Positions 38,042 to 38,985 of a DNA stretch of 38,985 nt are shown in pieces. How positions within the stretch are numbered: the stretch's first letter is position 1; every line of letters starts with the position of its first letter. The notes under the pieces are model-generated. The model did not search any database, was not told the DNA's origin, and saw nothing but the letters and a program-made list of their open reading frames with translations. The stretch comes from an uncultured Candidatus Peribacteria bacterium (GTDB taxonomy: Bacteria > Patescibacteriota > Gracilibacteria > Peribacterales > Peribacteraceae), in contig CAYJTW010000003.1 of the NCBI GenBank assembly GCA_964373225.1, forward strand, positions 1-38,985, written 5' to 3'. The position numbers were made by a program, and so were the translations under genes.

Positions 38042-38985
38042 ATGAGTCTCCCGCAAAAGTATCACATCTGGATCATTGCAGGGTGTTTTTTGACTCTCAC
38101 GCTGCTCTGGCTCCCCGGTTTGCGGTATCCGGTTGTGAGTGACACAGCTATCTACGCCGAACTCGGTGAAAATCTCTGGACGTACGGTTCGTACTCCGCG
38201 ATGGGTGCGCCTTCCGCCCGTCATCCGCCGCTCTATGCTTTTTACTCGTATCCGTTCGTCGCGGTGGGTGGGATTCATCTCGGCATGAAGCTCGCCACAC
38301 TCTTCGCCGGTTTCGGCGTCCTCCTTGCGACATACTTTTTGCTGCGCAGGAGTTTTGGTCCGGGGATCGCCATCGTCTCCGTCATTCTCCTCACGTTCCA
38401 TCACGCGTTCGTCCTGATGACACAACTCGGCTCGGCCGATCTGCTCTTCAGCGCACTCTTCATCGGGTCACTTGCGGCATATTCAGCAGCGGGCGGGAAG
38501 AAAAGATACTATTTGCTCGCCGGCGCGCTCGCCGGACTCGCCTGTATCACCCGCTATAACGGCGCGCCGCTAGTGCCACTCTTTCTACTCTATACATTCT
38601 GGGCCCGGCGGCGTGATTTCTTCAGACCGGAGTTCATCATCGGTATGGCGCTCTCCGTCCTGCCGATCGCGTTCTGGTTCCTGCGGAACTTCCTGATCTT
38701 CGGTGATGCATTCCACAGTGATTTCACCGTCGAGCTCGACCGCAATTCCGCAGGTACCGTCACGCAGCTTGTTTCCAATATCGTTTTCTACATCAATCCT
38801 CTCCATAACATTCTTCCGATACTCTTCGTGGCCGCCCTTTACGGCATCGCGCGGCATGGGCGACGGCAGATGTTCCTCATATTCGGCATGCTCGCGGCAT
38901 GGATCCTCACATCCGTCTGGTGGGTCCAGGCGATGCGCTTCGCCTTCCCCGGTTATCCGATTCTGCTCGGGTTTGGCGTTGTGGG
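38042..38985 (+). CDS. GT-C-type membrane glycosyltransferase (ArnT/PMT_2, GT39/GT83-like), 3' partial
   Basis: Absent from the ORF track because it runs off the window. I translated it by hand from the ATG at 38042 and found no stop in 314 codons: MSLPQKYHIWIIAGCFLTLTLLWLPGLRYPVVSDTAIYAELGENLW...SARHPPLYAFYSYPF...CITRYNGAPLVPLF. The D..IY and HPPLY motifs and the repeated TM helices are typical of this family. Confidence 0.75.
   Translation, partial: MSLPQKYHIWIIAGCFLTLTLLWLPGLRYPVVSDTAIYAELGENLWTYGSYSAMGAPSARHPPLYAFYSYPFVAVGGIHLGMKLATLFAGFGVLLATYFLLRRSFGPGIAIVSVILLTFHHAFVLMTQLGSADLLFSALFIGSLAAYSAAGGKKRYYLLAGALAGLACITRYNGAPLVPLFLLYTFWARRRDFFRPEFIIGMALSVLPIAFWFLRNFLIFGDAFHSDFTVELDRNSAGTVTQLVSNIVFYINPLHNILPILFVAALYGIARHGRRQMFLIFGMLAAWILTSVWWVQAMRFAFPGYPILLGFGVV

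Overview
Gene-dense, G+C-rich 39-kb window using the standard genetic code, probably from an uncultivated bacterium. The gene content and a giant surface protein with Ser/Pro-rich tails are reminiscent of CPR/Patescibacteria, but taxonomy cannot be established from this sequence alone. There is no rRNA, no CRISPR array, no transposase or integrase, and no recognisable multi-gene defence system beyond two type II toxin-antitoxin pairs.

Main content, left to right:
(1) The 3' part of a giant tail-fibre-like surface protein, then ndk.
(2) A large cell-envelope glycan island (about 4.3-27.9 kb). It holds an RmlA-like nucleotidyltransferase, RmlB, an FdtA-like 3,4-ketoisomerase, a DegT aminotransferase, a hexapeptide acetyltransferase, a second DegT-fold enzyme with Lys-to-His at the Schiff-base position (ColD/E1-type 3-dehydratase signature), an SDR, two GT4 and three GT2 enzymes (two of them polyprenyl-phosphate sugar synthase-like), a DUF2304 protein, and several very large polytopic membrane proteins that look GT-C-like.
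(3) sufS and an IscU/SufU scaffold gene, split by an antisense PP2C-like gene.
(4) Visibly AT-richer cassettes dropped into the island: an Avd/23S-IVS-type four-helix-bundle gene with 32-nt terminal inverted repeats, yafQ-dinJ, hepT-mntA, and a small ORFan.
(5) A Bro-N gene next to tRNA-Thr(GGU), with a 13-nt duplication of the tRNA 3' end.
(6) An alpha-glucan operon (GT4/5-like synthase, GH57, GH15, ROK kinase).
(7) An M50 protease, an AT-rich 522-aa ORFan with an internal two-fold duplication, rpmB, a small membrane protein, and the 5' part of another GT-C-type glycosyltransferase that the ORF track misses because it runs off the window.

The most unusual sequence-level signal is a recurrent family of hairpins whose arms are themselves short tandem repeats (7-, 8-, 9- and 15-mers). 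Several lie in-frame inside conserved coding sequences and are translated. All product calls come from motif recognition by eye; no database search was possible.
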